Below are positions 43,978-57,354 of a stretch of 64,000 nt of DNA, one piece after another. The notes under the pieces were generated by a model. The model made no database searches. It was not told the origin of the DNA and saw only the letters and a list, made by a program, of their open reading frames with translations. The number at the start of each line of letters is the position of its first letter. Within the stretch, counting starts at the first letter, position 1. Origin of the DNA: Octopus vulgaris (lineage: Eukaryota); contig OX597824.1 of NCBI GenBank assembly GCA_951406725.2, positions 57,474,001-57,538,000 of the forward strand. The letters run 5' to 3'. Position numbers and translations under genes: made by a program.

Positions 43978-44999
43978 AACAGGCATATATTCACACTCCC
44001 GCTTACACGTATATATATATGTAGGTAAATATTTCTTGTCATTTATAGACATTTTCCAATACATCATTATTACAGGAAACTCTTTAATGGGTATAATCTA
44101 AAAATAAGTTTAATAGGTATAATCTAAAAATTACTTTTAGTTCAATCCCAAATTTTAAAAGAATGCAACACAACAACATGAAACCGGCTGTTCCTGTGAA
44201 GATAAAGACTCGCTAAATGGAGCCTGTATGAACGAGGCCATTGAAGCCACCGTCAATTCTAAGTTTCATCAAAGAGATATATGAGTCTCACAGAGGGAAA
44301 TTTCAAAGCAAGATTCAACAATAACATCTTAAGCTTCAGACACTGGAATAAACGAAAAACTACCTAATTTTCCAGTTATATATGGTTGTTAAAAGAACAA
44401 TGGATCAGCTATAGGATTTACTGGAAGATCTTAGCCAAGTGTAAATCTTATACCAACGGTAGTGGCAAGTGCAGTCCTTGTAATATGGAAAGATGGCTCA
44501 TCTGGAAAAGTTCGTTTGACCTCACTACATATCAAAATTCAAGAACTGAACTTTTTCGATCATGTCCACATCTGACAAATAACTGACGCAGTCCCCCCCC
44601 CCCCCGGGTGGAATCCACATTTTTACAATGTTCCTGCACAAGCTTCCCATATATTTTCTTTAAACTTTTTAAATTTTTAATTTTTTGTATATATTTTTTC
44701 CGTTTTTCTGTTTTTTTCCTTTTAATTGTGTGAATGTGTACGTGTGTGAGTATTTGTATATGGATGCACATATTTTATATGTATATATGTGTATATGCAT
44801 GTATATGAGTGTAAGGCTATGTCCGGTGCATAAGTACGACTTTCGTGCACACGTTCCCTTAATTTATACGGATATGCATATGCTTGTATATGTGCGGGTG
44901 TCAGTGTGTGAGAGGAGGATGTGTATATATATATATATATATATGCATTTATATATATATACGTGTATGCAAGAGTGTGAATGTATACCTGTGTATTTA

Positions 45000-45094
<95 letters not shown>

Positions 45095-45495
45095 GTATAT
45101 TTATATATATAAATGTCTAAATATATATGTATTATGTTATGTGTATTCATGCAAACACCCATGTGTATCTGAGGATGACGTTGCGTACACATATACATGT
45201 GTGCTTGTGTGTGTGGATATGTATGAGTACGTACATACACATAAATTTTTGTGCGTGTGTGTGCGTATGTAAACGTTATGAACGCATAAGGTTTATATTT
45301 ATGTATTGTGAGAATATGTTTGCATGTATTTTTATCTTTTTATTTTTCTACCTATTAGAGTAACTACTCTTTTATTCAACAGCTTTTCATAGCGTCTATT
45401 GCCATTAATAGTCGACGAGAATGCATCGTAGCTCTTCGCTCCGACATTCGAAAGTCCGAGCATTATGACAAATTATTGTTTGCTCTAAATTATAA
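43520..45495 (+). mobile_element. Older Penelope-like element with inverted arms (~43520-43800 / ~45200-45495) and a central GIY-YIG relic (44050-44590)
   Basis: gcaatagacgctatgaaaagctgttgaataaaa is mirrored by ttttattcaacagcttttcatagcgtctattgc; relic peptide WKILAKCKSY..CSPCNME..NSRTEL..CPH. Confidence 0.8.
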
Positions 45496-45516
45496 CATAT
45501 ATATATGTATATATAC

Positions 45517-45591
<75 letters not shown>

Positions 45592-45619
45592 TCTATGTAT
45601 GTATATATATATATTGTTT

Positions 45620-47420
45620 ATATAGAAGTGGAAAGTAAATTACGTCTAGAAGAGTGAAGAAAATAAACTTTTTGTTTTCTATAAAATGAAACGTCGCTGA
45701 GTAATATACTGTGTATAGAAATTGGAAAATGAATGATTTTTAAGTATAGCTGAAAAGGATCTCAGACTTGCACATTCGCAATTCTGCAACTTATCTAAAG
45801 ACAAGATCAGAGATCTTAACCAGAAGGATTGACTTTAGTATTTTCAAATACATTAACAGTTAGCCACGCTACTGGATGAAATGAACAAACATTACTAAAC
45901 TTTTACCCACTCTTTCATCACGTCACAATACTAATTTTATGTAAAATAGGTATTAAGTCGAAACGTAAATGTTGATACCGAAGAAGTTTACATAAGCAAT
46001 TTCTAGTGTAAAACTAGCGATTTCTATGGTCAACCCCAAATTCACAAAACTCTAACTATAAAAATTTTAATCTACGTATGTCAAACTGCCACTTCCAGAT
46101 GATTCGAATCCCGATCAGTTAGAGTAGAACATGCATGTGAAATACACATGCTAAGTAATTTTTTGGACTTCTTAATAAAACCTTTCTTAAAGAACATACA
46201 AAATTTTATCCAAGGTGATTTGGATTAACTTAATCACATACCAAACTCAGTGAGTGAAAATACAATTATTATTTCTTTTGATGTTATTAATCTATATACA
46301 AATATTCCCCATGATTATGAAAGCAATGCAATAAAATATTGGTTAGATGCATATCAAGTCGAATTATCAGATTCCATCGGAAAAAAACTTTATCATTGAA
46401 GGTCTGATCTCTCATACTGCCGTATATACCGTCAAATATCCGGAACTGCAATGGTAACCAAAATCGCCCCTACACACGCCAATCTATTACTGGTTTACCT
46501 CGTAAAGAAAATCTAGGAAGAAGATACTCATATATTTGGAGACATTCAACACGTATCTAAATGGAAACTGGAAAAGTTACATCAATGCTTGTTTAATTCT
46601 ATGACCGGATGTTCTAAAAGATACTAATGAAATTTCAGAATTTAATAATATCAACGAAAATATTCTGTTTACGACGGAACTCAATCAAAACGAATTACTA
46701 CTTTTAGATTTTAATCATGAATAAATATGAGTAAAATAAAAACATCTGTCATCTACCAACTTACAGATTCCAAACAGTACCTTCGTTTCACATCTCTGCC
46801 ATTACAAGCATTCCTTTCAAAATGGATTTGCACAATTGTATCAAATATTGTAATTTGAAATAAAAAATTAGAAGCACTGAAAAAATAAGTCAAAGAGTGT
46901 TGTTCTCAATCTTATTGTAAGTGGAATAGAAAGGGCAAATATTTAGATCTCCATGATCTCCAAAAAAGAAAAAGTAAAGGCCCTCCAAAATGTTTTAACA
47001 TATATCTCTACTTTTGATCTCCAAAATAATGAAATATTTGACTACAAACAAAGCAACATATTTATTCTGCTTGAAAAAAAAGTGAAAAATCTTCGGCAAT
47101 CAATTTAACATCAAAAGCAATAGGTAACCGAAAACTTTGAAAGTCGTTCGAAATTCGGCATGGTTTTTCAAACATGAACCCCACCCGAGGTGTACCAAAT
47201 GTGGTAGACCAGACAATGGTTCATGTATTTAGCTGAAGGCATGTAATTCAAATTTAAGGATAGGCAAGTGTTCAAAACAAAAATAAAAAAATTCAGTTGC
47301 AACTCCCAAAGTTTGATTTATGTCATAAAATGCTAAGGATGCTTGTATAACTACTTCGGACAGGTTTATCGCTTTATAGAAAACTGACTGCGATAAGGAA
47401 TAAATAATGAAAAACCAGGT
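45620..47420 (+). pseudogene. Decayed Penelope-like RT to GIY-YIG region
   Basis: FYGQPQIHK, SFDVINLYTNIPH and QISGTAM motifs broken by many stops. Confidence 0.75.
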
Positions 47421-47447
47421 GAAGCCTGTAATATATATATACATATA

Positions 47448-47502
<55 letters not shown>

Positions 47503-47504
<2 letters not shown>

Positions 47505-48288
47505 CGGGAAGCTTTATGAAAATAGACAAAAGACGAAGGCAGGTTTACGGAAATAAACAAAAGACGAAGGCAGGTGGAATACAAACAAACACTTGTATTA
47601 GTATGGCGCTCAGGAATATAAATAAAACAAGGCTTTAACGTTTCGAGCCTACGATATATAAATAAATAATAACAAAGGGTAAAATTTATTAATTAACTAG
47701 TAATCAATAATTTCACCAAGTAGAATTCGGCATGAAAAAGGACCATTTCATGGTAAACTTAAGTAATACTTTATAATTAGGGTTCAGCAAAGATTTGCTT
47801 TACCACATACCGAAGTTTAGAAATAGCAGCCAAAGAACCTTAGCTATTTCCTCTTATTTAAAAAGAGACTCCCGGAAAAAAACAAAGTATTCGAAAACAA
47901 TCCACGCAGGCAGTGAGGAAAAATAACGAAAATCAATCGATATTTGATTACCCATGTACGTGTTTCGGAATTAGATCGGTATAAAGAATGTAGAATTTAT
48001 ACTTTACCCGAACATTTTCTTCATCAGCATGGGACTTCACAATATTAAATATTAAAAATATTAAATGGGCAGGGGATGGTGATGAACCTCATTCATATAT
48101 TTTAAATTCGGCGGTACTGACGTTGAATATACCTGATACTGTTAGTTCGAGAGGTATATTCAATTCCAGTGAGAAGATTGCATTTTACACCGTTTATTCC
48201 TTTGGAATAAAACCAATGTTGTCTTCGAAACATATGTCGAAAGTAAAAGAATTTTAATAACATCTTCGTTCAACTCCATTTATTTACT

Positions 48289-48360
<72 letters not shown>

Positions 48361-48600
48361 GAATACATAACATTCACATACACACACATGTATATATATA
48401 TATACACATGACGGGAAAGTTTACGAAAATAAACAAAAGACGAAGGCAGGTGGAGTACAAACAAACAAATGTATTAGTATAGCGCCCAGGAATAGAAATA
48501 GAAAAAGTATTTTACGTTTCGAGCCTACGCTCTTCGACAGAAAGATACACAGAAAAAAATGCGTGTAGAAGCTAACGATCTATCATGGCGTCCTGACTTC
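47503..48600 (-). repeat. Two direct copies (47503-47653, 48410-48600) of a short hammerhead-type repeat
   Basis: acaaaagacgaaggcaggtgga..cgtttcgagcctacg occurs in both. Motif at 48510-48543: ttt-CTGTCGA-a-gagc-gtag-gctc-GAAAC-GTA-aaa. Confidence 0.75.
47951..48033 (-). ncRNA. Type I hammerhead, intact core, 6-bp stem I
   Basis: cccatg-CTGATGA-a-gaaaat..attcc-GAAAC-ac-GTA-catggg. Confidence 0.78.
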
Positions 48601-49452
48601 ATACATACATACATAAATACATACATAAATGTCATAGACAGGCGAAATAACTCACCCCAATCCCATTCAGACGCTATGGACATCGACGTTTCGCCATTGT
48701 TTGCGGCTTGACAACATAACGTACCTGAACCGAATGAATTGCTTGTCCCCGATTCTATATAAAATGGTGTAAAGACCATTTGCTGGTATGCCTGAACGAT
48801 AGCGAAACATTGATGTCCATATTTGTAGTATATTATACAATATATAATATAATACAAATATATATACATTTGCCAGATTGGAGCCACTAAAAGTTTTAAA
48901 TATTTACATTTTACAAATACTCAGACATAGCCACAGAACAGCAACGAATAAAGAAAGAAATACAATTTATTATAAAACATTAACTCTGCTTGAATTGTTG
49001 ACAATCAATTTGGATGCATTTACATTGACCGGCACATGCATGTTCACGTACTTTCTTGATATATACAATATATCATTAACCTAAGTGTATGTGTGTGAGC
49101 GAGTTAATATGTGTGTGAGTGTGTATGTGTGTGAGTGTGTGTGTACGTGTGTATGTGCATGTGTGTGTAAAATAGCTATTCTCTTCTGAAAACAAAGTTC
49201 AAGAAACTATTCCTTAACTTATATGAAACGAATATTTTACCTATCGACCTATCTATCTGTGTCCCTCAATGAATTTGTTTATCAATTTGTCTAAGGCAGA
49301 GTTTTATTTAGAAATCCTAACATGTTGCTTAAATTGAAAAATCAACACTTCTTACTTTCATTCTCAAAAACCATATCCTTTCATTTTTGTCTTGTTAATC
49401 TGATACCCTACTTCACTGTCCAGCTACACAACTTTCAGCTATAGTCCAACCG

Positions 49453-49489
<37 letters not shown>

Positions 49490-49717
49490 TGCGTGTATAT
49501 ATGATACAGATAAGGAAATGTTTTATTCTCAAACGCAGAATAGTATTTCCTACGCTAGGTACAAGGCCCGAAATTTTTGTAAAGACGGACGAAGCATCTA
49601 AGCATTTTGCCCGGCGTGCTAACGTTTCTGCCAGCTCGCCGCCATTTAAACGCAGAATAACGCTGACAGAAAATCAGGAACAGAGTAAAGTATCCATACT
49701 TTACGGAAAAATTTGTC

Positions 49718-49790
49718 AGTGGCCAGTCATGAGACACGGACTCACATCCCTGTGATTACCGGTCAAGTGCTTTACCAACTGAGCTAAAGA
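49718..49790 (-). pseudogene. tRNA-like remnant or SINE head
   Basis: tagctcagttggtaaagcacttgaccggtaatcacagggatgtgagtcc: good A box, decayed B box, no acceptor stem. Confidence 0.5.
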
Positions 49791-49827
49791 AATTGAACAA
49801 AAGAAAAATGAACGGTAGTCACACGTA

Positions 49828-49870
<43 letters not shown>

Positions 49871-50349
49871 TGTATATATATATATACGACGTTCATTTTT
49901 CTTTTCTTCGCGTGACCATCTTTCTTTTCCTGTACGGACGTTCAAAAGAACAGACGTGTTTTCTCTCTCTCTATTCTATCTTTTCTCTTTTCAAAGAAAA
50001 TATATCTCCAGCTTTAGCTATTTTACCCTCGTTCTGGTCTAACGACCCTACATATTTATTTTTGTTTGTCACCACTGTCATGTTTTTGTTCCCAACCCTC
50101 CATAAATCTTAAATTCTATTTTAGAATTTATGGGAGCAACTGTTTTTAAAGACTTATATTGTCGTTGAATGCTCGAAATGAGAAGTAGATAGACAGCCAA
50201 CAACTGATAAAGAGTCCTTTCTCTGTGTTTACTTGTCCTGTTTTACTTTTTTCTCGTTGTTTACGTATTTCGTTATTTGCACCGTTGGTGACGTCCTGTA
50301 CACATATATGCATGCATGTATGTTTGTGTGTGTGTGTATATATATATAT

Positions 50350-50558
50350 ACGTTTGTCAACCAGTGGTAAGGGAGATGCATCACACAAACACCCATAAAC
50401 GCGTGCACAACAGGCTTCTCTCAATTTCCGTCTTCTCAAAGACTTCGTAAGGCCGGGTATATAGTTGAAGCCACTTGCTAAGGTACTGCACAATCAAACT
50501 GAACCGAAGGTCACATGGCTGAGAAGCAAGCCTTTTACTCACACAGCCACGCCTGCGC
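50350..50558 (-). mobile_element. CORE-type SINE head half, diverged
   Basis: gcgcaggcgtggctgtgtg..accttagcaagtgg. Confidence 0.7.
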
Positions 50559-51787
50559 ATATCCTTATATATAATGCAAATATAAAACTCATGTAAATCA
50601 ATACATTTAAATATAGTTTTATTGCACAAAGCTGTGAGCTGTTTATGTAATTTTAGTTTTTATACTATAATAAACACACTTAACACAGATATAACCTATG
50701 TATGTATGTATGTATGTATGTATGTATGCATATATATAAGTATATATATATGTATTTATGTATGTATGTATGTATGTATGCATGTATGTATATATATAAG
50801 TATATATATATGTATTTACGTATGTATGTATGTATGTATACACGAACATATATATATATATATATGTATATATGAATGTCATAGGCATATATGTATATAT
50901 ATATATTACATTTATGCGTCACATGTTCTTTTAATTAATTTTCCTTCATTTTCACATTAGTTTTAAGTAAATAAAAACAAAATTTTTTATGCGTTTCTCT
51001 GTTGTTTGCCCATATTGATATCACGAGTACCTACCTACCTACCTACCTGCCTATCTACCTTCTTAGCTAACTACCTACTTATCTCTCTCTCCGTCTCTCC
51101 CCCATTCTCTCCGTCTCTCCCTCACTCTCTCCCTCTCTCTCTATATATTTATATAATATAAGCATTAAGCTTATAAAATATTATTATTTACAAAATACAC
51201 ACACACCCACACACACGCAAACACACACATACTCGCACGTATACGTATCTTGTCAAAATCACATAGATTTTCTTAAGTGTTTTTTTCTATTTTCTCATTA
51301 ACTCCTTTTAATTCGCCGTCTGATTATGATTACTATTCAATGTTTCGAAATATTATATTTGTTTTCATTTTAGAATGATTATTTATTTGTTTCTTTCTTT
51401 CTTACACTGACATTTCAATCTAATTAGTTTTGAACTTTTTCTTGTGATATATTTTACACATTTGACATTCGTTTGTATGTATTGCATTTTCACTTTTCTC
51501 CATCCATATTATTTCATCCTAATTTTCAAGGTTGTTTATTCAATAAAGTGAGATGAAATGTTTTGCTTAAGAACACAACACACCACCTGGCCTTGGAATT
51601 GAAACCACGATCATACGATCGTGACTGCAGCTCTAGGCAATATGTCCTCACAACAACAATAACAACAATGCCACTAGGGCAGCAAATTTAAGGGAGTAGA
51701 TTAATCGATTACATCAACCCCAGTGTTCAGCTAGTACTTATTTGATCGACCTCGAAAGGATGAAAGGTAAAGTCAACCTCGGCGGAA

Positions 51788-51888
<101 letters not shown>

Positions 51889-51899
51889 TGATGATGATG

Positions 51900-51944
<45 letters not shown>

Positions 51945-52260
51945 GCTACCTAACTCAGATACCAGGAAACCCAAAAATGGCAGAAATTCAAAAGATAGTG
52001 CTCATGGGAACTGCTCATATCCTACGCAAAATACTTTCTATGTAATCTCTTGGTTTAAAACAAACATAATTTTGGTTTAAAAAAAAAAAAAAAAAAAAAA
52101 AAATTTTTTTAGACATTCATTAGTACAACACCCCCACCCCCAAATATATGGCACACTAGGCATAACAACAACATGAACTTCCAACCCTGTTGTCTCTTGA
52201 GGTCTCTGGGTGAGACTTGGAGCCAACTTGTACAAATATAAAGCAAAAGTCAAACATAGA
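51945..52260 (+). mobile_element. R4/Dong-like short 3' copy within (TAA)n
   Basis: Near-identical to the 3' end of 24118-26387. Confidence 0.92.
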
Positions 52261-52273
52261 ATAATAATAATAA

Positions 52274-52304
<31 letters not shown>

Positions 52305-52321
52305 AAGGAGAAGAAGAAGAA

Positions 52322-52598
52322 GTACAAAATAGCCCAGCTATGGAAAATGAAGAAAGTTAAGATAGTGCCAATTATTGTTTGGTCCTTGGGAACAGTATCA
52401 AGGGGAATATAAAAGGAATTGGAATACAGTAGCCAATAGAACTGTTACAAAAGGTCTGCCTCCTTGGCACAGCCAGAATAATCAGGAGAGTATTAGATAG
52501 CTGAAAAGAATGAATAGCATGGTATTATAGGCTTCAGGTAGCAAGCCTGCTATGCATTCAAGACTCCAGGAATTCTAACAAGACCTGTGATAAAAAGA
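52322..52598 (+). mobile_element. R4/Dong-like 3' copy of a different family
   Basis: IAQLWKMKKVKIVPIIVWSLG..LQKVCLLGTARIIRRVL; ends in (TAA)n. Confidence 0.8.
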
Positions 52599-52620
52599 AA
52601 TAATGATAATAATAATAATG

Positions 52621-52681
<61 letters not shown>

Positions 52682-52686
52682 CAATG

Positions 52687-52770
<84 letters not shown>

Positions 52771-52773
<3 letters not shown>

Positions 52774-53190
52774 CTGAGCAAATATAAAGATCTTGAAATA
52801 GAAATCAGCAAAATGTGAAACCTGAAGACTTAAACAATACCTGTTGTCATAGGTGCCCTGGGAATGATAGCAAAAGGGGCTGATAGCTACCTAACTCAGA
52901 TACCAGGAAACCCAAAAATTTCAGAAATTCAAAAGATAGTGCTCATGGGAACTGCTCATATCCTACGCAAAATACTTTCTATGTAATCTCAAGGTTTAAA
53001 ACAAACATAATTTTCGGTATAAAAAAAAAACAACTTTTTTTAGACATTCATTAGTACAACACCCCACCCCCCAAATATATGGCACACTAGGCATAACAAC
53101 AACATGAACTTCCAACCCTGTTGTCTCTTGAGGTCTCTGGGTGAGACTTGGAGCCAACTTGTACAGACATAAAGCAAAAGTCAAACAAGA
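52771..53190 (+). mobile_element. R4/Dong-like short 3' copy within (TAA)n
   Basis: KLSKYKDLEIEISKM, as in the 626-aa ORF, with the same 3' UTR. Confidence 0.92.
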
Positions 53191-53216
53191 ATAATAATAA
53201 TAATAATAACAACAAC

Positions 53217-53274
<58 letters not shown>

Positions 53275-53519
53275 TATTTAAAAAAATGAAAATTTAAAAA
53301 TAATCTAACTTCTCTTAAATAGTAAAAAGAAAATTTCAAACAGTACACCGAATCGCTTGTCCAATGGTTATTCTGGAAGCGCACTTGGCAGTAGGCTGTC
53401 AGCCTGACGATGAAAAGATTTCAAATAGCAGGATATCTTCCCCGAATACGAACCTGGGAGATCACCTAAACGGGATTTGTCCCAAATCAAGCCCCCAAAG
53501 TTCACCACTACAACGACCA

Positions 53520-54375
53520 CAAAATCAATAAGTTAAAAGAACTTGTTGAAGAACATGAAAGACCGAAAAACTTCACTCTATTCTGAAAGAGAGCGAAGAA
53601 TTCGCTGCTGATCTCTTAGATACCTACCAGATTGATCAGGTTGAAGGAAATGCGTCAACTGCTGCTGCAAAGAAAATAAAATTAATTGCAAAGACAAAAG
53701 CACATGAAAAATTAGCTAGCAGATGGGAACAGAAACGTCTGCATGGTAAGTATGTGGCCCGTAGCAAACAAGCTGATGTCGACCAGAAACACACGCATCA
53801 ATGGTTACGAAGCTCAGGGGTAAAAGCGGAGAGTGAAGGTTTCATTTTAGCTGCTCAAGACCAAAGCTTATTTACCCAGAACTACCAAGCCAATGTGATA
53901 AAAAATGGAGCTGACCCAAAATGCCGATTCTTTAACGATGAGATTGAAACTATAGACCACCAAATCTGAGGGTGCAGAGTCTTAGCTCCTGTAGAATATA
54001 AAGCAAGACATGACAGAGTCGGCCAGTATTTACACTGGACAATATGTCAGCATTATATAATCAAAACCGCTGAAGCTGTGACTGACGGAGAAAATGTGTC
54101 GATTCTCTAGGACTTCCCCGTACATACCGACAGGACTATAAAAACTAATAAACCGAATATTATTATAAAAGATCAGACAAAAAAGATGTGTTTATTAATT
54201 GACATGAGTATTCCTTGCGATCACAATATAGCGGCGAAAGAATTTGACAAGATCAGTAAACATAAAAGCTTGCTAATAGAAACTGAAAACATGTGGCATC
54301 TCAAGGTGACTACAGTACCAGTGATTGTAGGATCTCTAGGAATGATAAAAAAACAGGTACTGAAACCTATTTGAA
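53520..54375 (+). mobile_element. R4-like fragment, older family
   Basis: QWLRSSGVKAESEGFILAAQDQSL..ETIDH; LIDMSIP..VPVIVGSLG. Confidence 0.85.
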
Positions 54376-54700
54376 AATGAGGTGAGGGTGTGAGTGGGCT
54401 AGGTTAGAAATCCCCATCTTAAAAGGTGTCTTTGCTAGGACCAAAAACGCACACTTCGACAAGTCTACTCTCATTCTTTTATGTGTCTGTCTTTCTCCAT
54501 CTCTCTCCCTTTCCTCCCTTCCCTTCGATTTTCTCTCTATAACGTCGTTTCACAGCGTCTACCTCCCTTCTCTTCACTTTCTCTCTATAACGTCGTTTCA
54601 CAGCATCTACCTCCCTTCCTTTCACTTTCTCTCTATAACATCGTTTCACAGCGTCCTATATCTTCCCCCGCCGCTTTTGGCAGCGCTTTCACATTCTCTC
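54375..54700 (+). mobile_element. Helitron internal fragment with 3 x 48-bp minisatellite
   Basis: Similar to 58349-58530; unit ttctctctataacgtcgtttcacagc begins at 54531, 54579 and 54627. Confidence 0.7.
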
Positions 54701-54880
54701 TCTCTATGTCTGTCTGCATTCATAGAGAGAATTATCATCGCCACGACCACACAATCATGAGAACAAATATTATGAATCGGATATTTATTGGGTTAATTTA
54801 TATGTGTGTGTGTGTGTTCTATATATAAATATGTATATAAATGTATATATACAAAGTGTATATATCTGTATTTATATATA

Positions 54881-57266
54881 CTCTTTTACTCTTTTACTTG
54901 TTTCAGCCATCCGGCTGAGGCCATGCTGGGGTACCGCCCTTGTTGCTACCCTCTCTAAGTCCAGTTTGCCGTGGCTGGCCACTGATCTAAGAGAGAGTTT
55001 GTAGCTGCTGCCCTTAGGTTACCTTCGTACCTTGCAGTGGGTTCATCTGGGATCCCGGAAAGCAGCTTGTCTAGATGTTTTTTGAAAATGTCCACATCCG
55101 CATCATGTAGATCTCTTAGTTTTCTTGGCAGTTTGTTGAAAAGCTGAGGGCCCCTGAACCCCAGGCTATTACAGTATCTGCTCCTTACCCTGGATGTGGA
55201 AGACGGGACCTTTGGCACCACACAGTGACGTCCTGTACGGGGATTGGAACAGCTCTCAATTCCAAAATTTGGTGCTAGTCCCTCCAGGATTTTCCATATG
55301 TATATCACTGCATATCTCTCGCGTCTTCGTTCCAAGGAGTACAAATTGAGTTCCCTAAGCCTCTCCCAATAGTTCTTTTCTTTCATGGTGGAAATCCTCT
55401 TGGTGAAATGTCTTTGGATTGTCTCAAGCTCTGTGGTTAGTTTGACACTATGCGGTGACCACAGTTGGGAGCAGTAGTCCAGGCGGCTTAGGACAAATGT
55501 CCTCCATAGTGTCAACATGGTCTCGCAGTCTCTTGTCCGGAATGTCCTCAGGATCCAGCCAGTGAGTCGTCTGCACATTGTCGCCACCTTCGCGATGTGT
55601 GAAGAAAAAGATGCATCGTCACTCATGTCTATCCCCAGGTCCCGTATTGATTTCGATACTGGGATTTCGATCCCTCCTGGACCAGTATAGTTGTGTTGTA
55701 ATGTATATGTGTTTACAGCTTGATATTGTAAGGCTTGAAATTTACCAGCATTAAATTGCATGTTGTTGTCTTCAGCCCATTTGTATATGGCATCCAGATC
55801 TTGTTGTAAAAGGTCAGCATCAGCTGGGTTTTTGATTGCCTGTGCTACCTTTGTGTCATCAGCATAGCTAGTGAGGGATGTTGTTTGTGCTACCAAGGGC
55901 ATGTCAGAGAGCGCCACCAAAAACAGCAAGGGTCCCAAGACTGTGCCCTGTGGCACCCCGCTTGCTATTGGTGTCTTTCTCGAGAGGGCTCCATTGGCTG
56001 CAACCATCTGGCTTCTGTCCTTCAGGAAGTCATGTATCCACTCACCTACTTTTCCTGTTATGCCGAGTCTGAGTAATTTGTGACATATCACTCCGTGGTC
56101 GACTTTGTCAAAGGCCTTCGCAAAGTCGAGATATACCACATCCACCTGTGAGCGATCCAGTAGTTGTTTCAGTACCCAGTCGTAGTGTTGTAACAGCTGC
56201 GTAAGGCAGCTTCTTCCTGGGCGAAAGCCATGCTGTGTGTCAGTGAGACGGTTAGTTTCTTCGAGGAACGTGATCAGTTTTTTTCTGATGATTCGTTCCA
56301 TGACCTTACTTATGTGTGACGTCAGGGAGACTGGCCTGTAGTTTTTGGCCTCTGCTCTACTCCCTCCTTTGTGGATAGGGCATATGGTGCCTTCTTTTAG
56401 CGCCCTGGGCAGTTTACCATTAGCCAAGGAACCACTGAAGAGCTTCTTCAGTGGTCCCGCTAGGGCATGCCTGCATGTTTTTAGGAGGACTGCTGGGAAT
56501 CCATCTGGTCCAGCAGCTGAGTTTATTCTCATTTCTTCTATGGCAGATATTACATCCCTCTCTGTTATGTCTATGTGGTCGATGGTTGTTGTTTGGTTTT
56601 GGAGTGTTGTGGCATCAAAGAAAACTTCTGGGTTTGTGATTTGCATGTGCCCCAGAGGGGATGTGAACACACTTTTATACTGTTCCTTTAGTATTTCACT
56701 TATCCCTTGGGGGTCCTCAGTTAGAGAGCCCTTTTTATCAAAGAGTGGGCCAATCTTGCAGTGTACCGAGGTGGTTTCTTTCGCAAATTTAAAGAAGGCT
56801 TTAGGGTTTGTTTTAATATTCTCTATGGCCCTGGCTTCTCTCTCTGCCCTCTCCTTCTCATAGGAAAGTTTGAGTGCAGTTTCCGTTTCAAAAAGTTTCA
56901 GGTGGAGTCCCTCATTGTTTCTCTGCCGTGCATTCAGTTGCTTCGAGAGCTTAGCTCTTCGCCTCATAAGTATTTTCCTGTCTCTGGGAATAACGTTCCT
57001 ATGCCCGCTGGCTTTTTTCTCCGGGACAAACTTATGGCATATGTTCTGTATTGTTGTCATGAAATGTTGGAAATGTGTGTTGGTGTCTTGTGTGGTGATG
57101 AAGTCACTCCAGTCATGTTTTCGGATCTCTTCGTTGATCTTCTTCCAGTTTGCCTTATGGAAGTTTAGACTGGATAGGCCTGTGGTATTTTCTAATGGCT
57201 GCGTCTCAACTAACTCTCTCATACCATATATCATTACCTCTACTAAGTTGTGATCTGAGAGAATTG

Positions 57267-57268
<2 letters not shown>
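54881..57268 (-). mobile_element. Young 5'-truncated CR1/L2-group LINE in (TA)n with (GTAAAAGA)n-type tail
   Basis: Uninterrupted ORF2, short 3' UTR with a stem-loop, and a tandem-repeat tail. Confidence 0.93.
54955..57268 (-). CDS. LINE ORF2 (end of APE endonuclease plus complete reverse transcriptase), 5'-truncated
   Basis: SDH, AAGPDG, NYRPVSLTS, QHGFR, LDFAKAFD, GVPQG, YADD and LYSLERRR motifs. The first ~25 aa of the listed ORF are flanking (TA)n. Confidence 0.93.
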
Positions 57269-57306
<38 letters not shown>

Positions 57307-57354
57307 CAAAGTGTATATATATATATATATAAAATTTGTATACATTTATATATA

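Noticed and set aside
49718-49790. Functional tRNA-Thr gene
   Set aside because: The T-loop is decayed and the acceptor stem does not pair, so it is kept only as a remnant.
54531-54660. CRISPR-like repeat array
   Set aside because: The 48-bp tandem units have no unique spacers, the context is eukaryotic, and there are no cas genes.
55871-57253. Plus-strand ORFs overlapping the LINE
   Set aside because: Antisense shadows of the RT reading frame.
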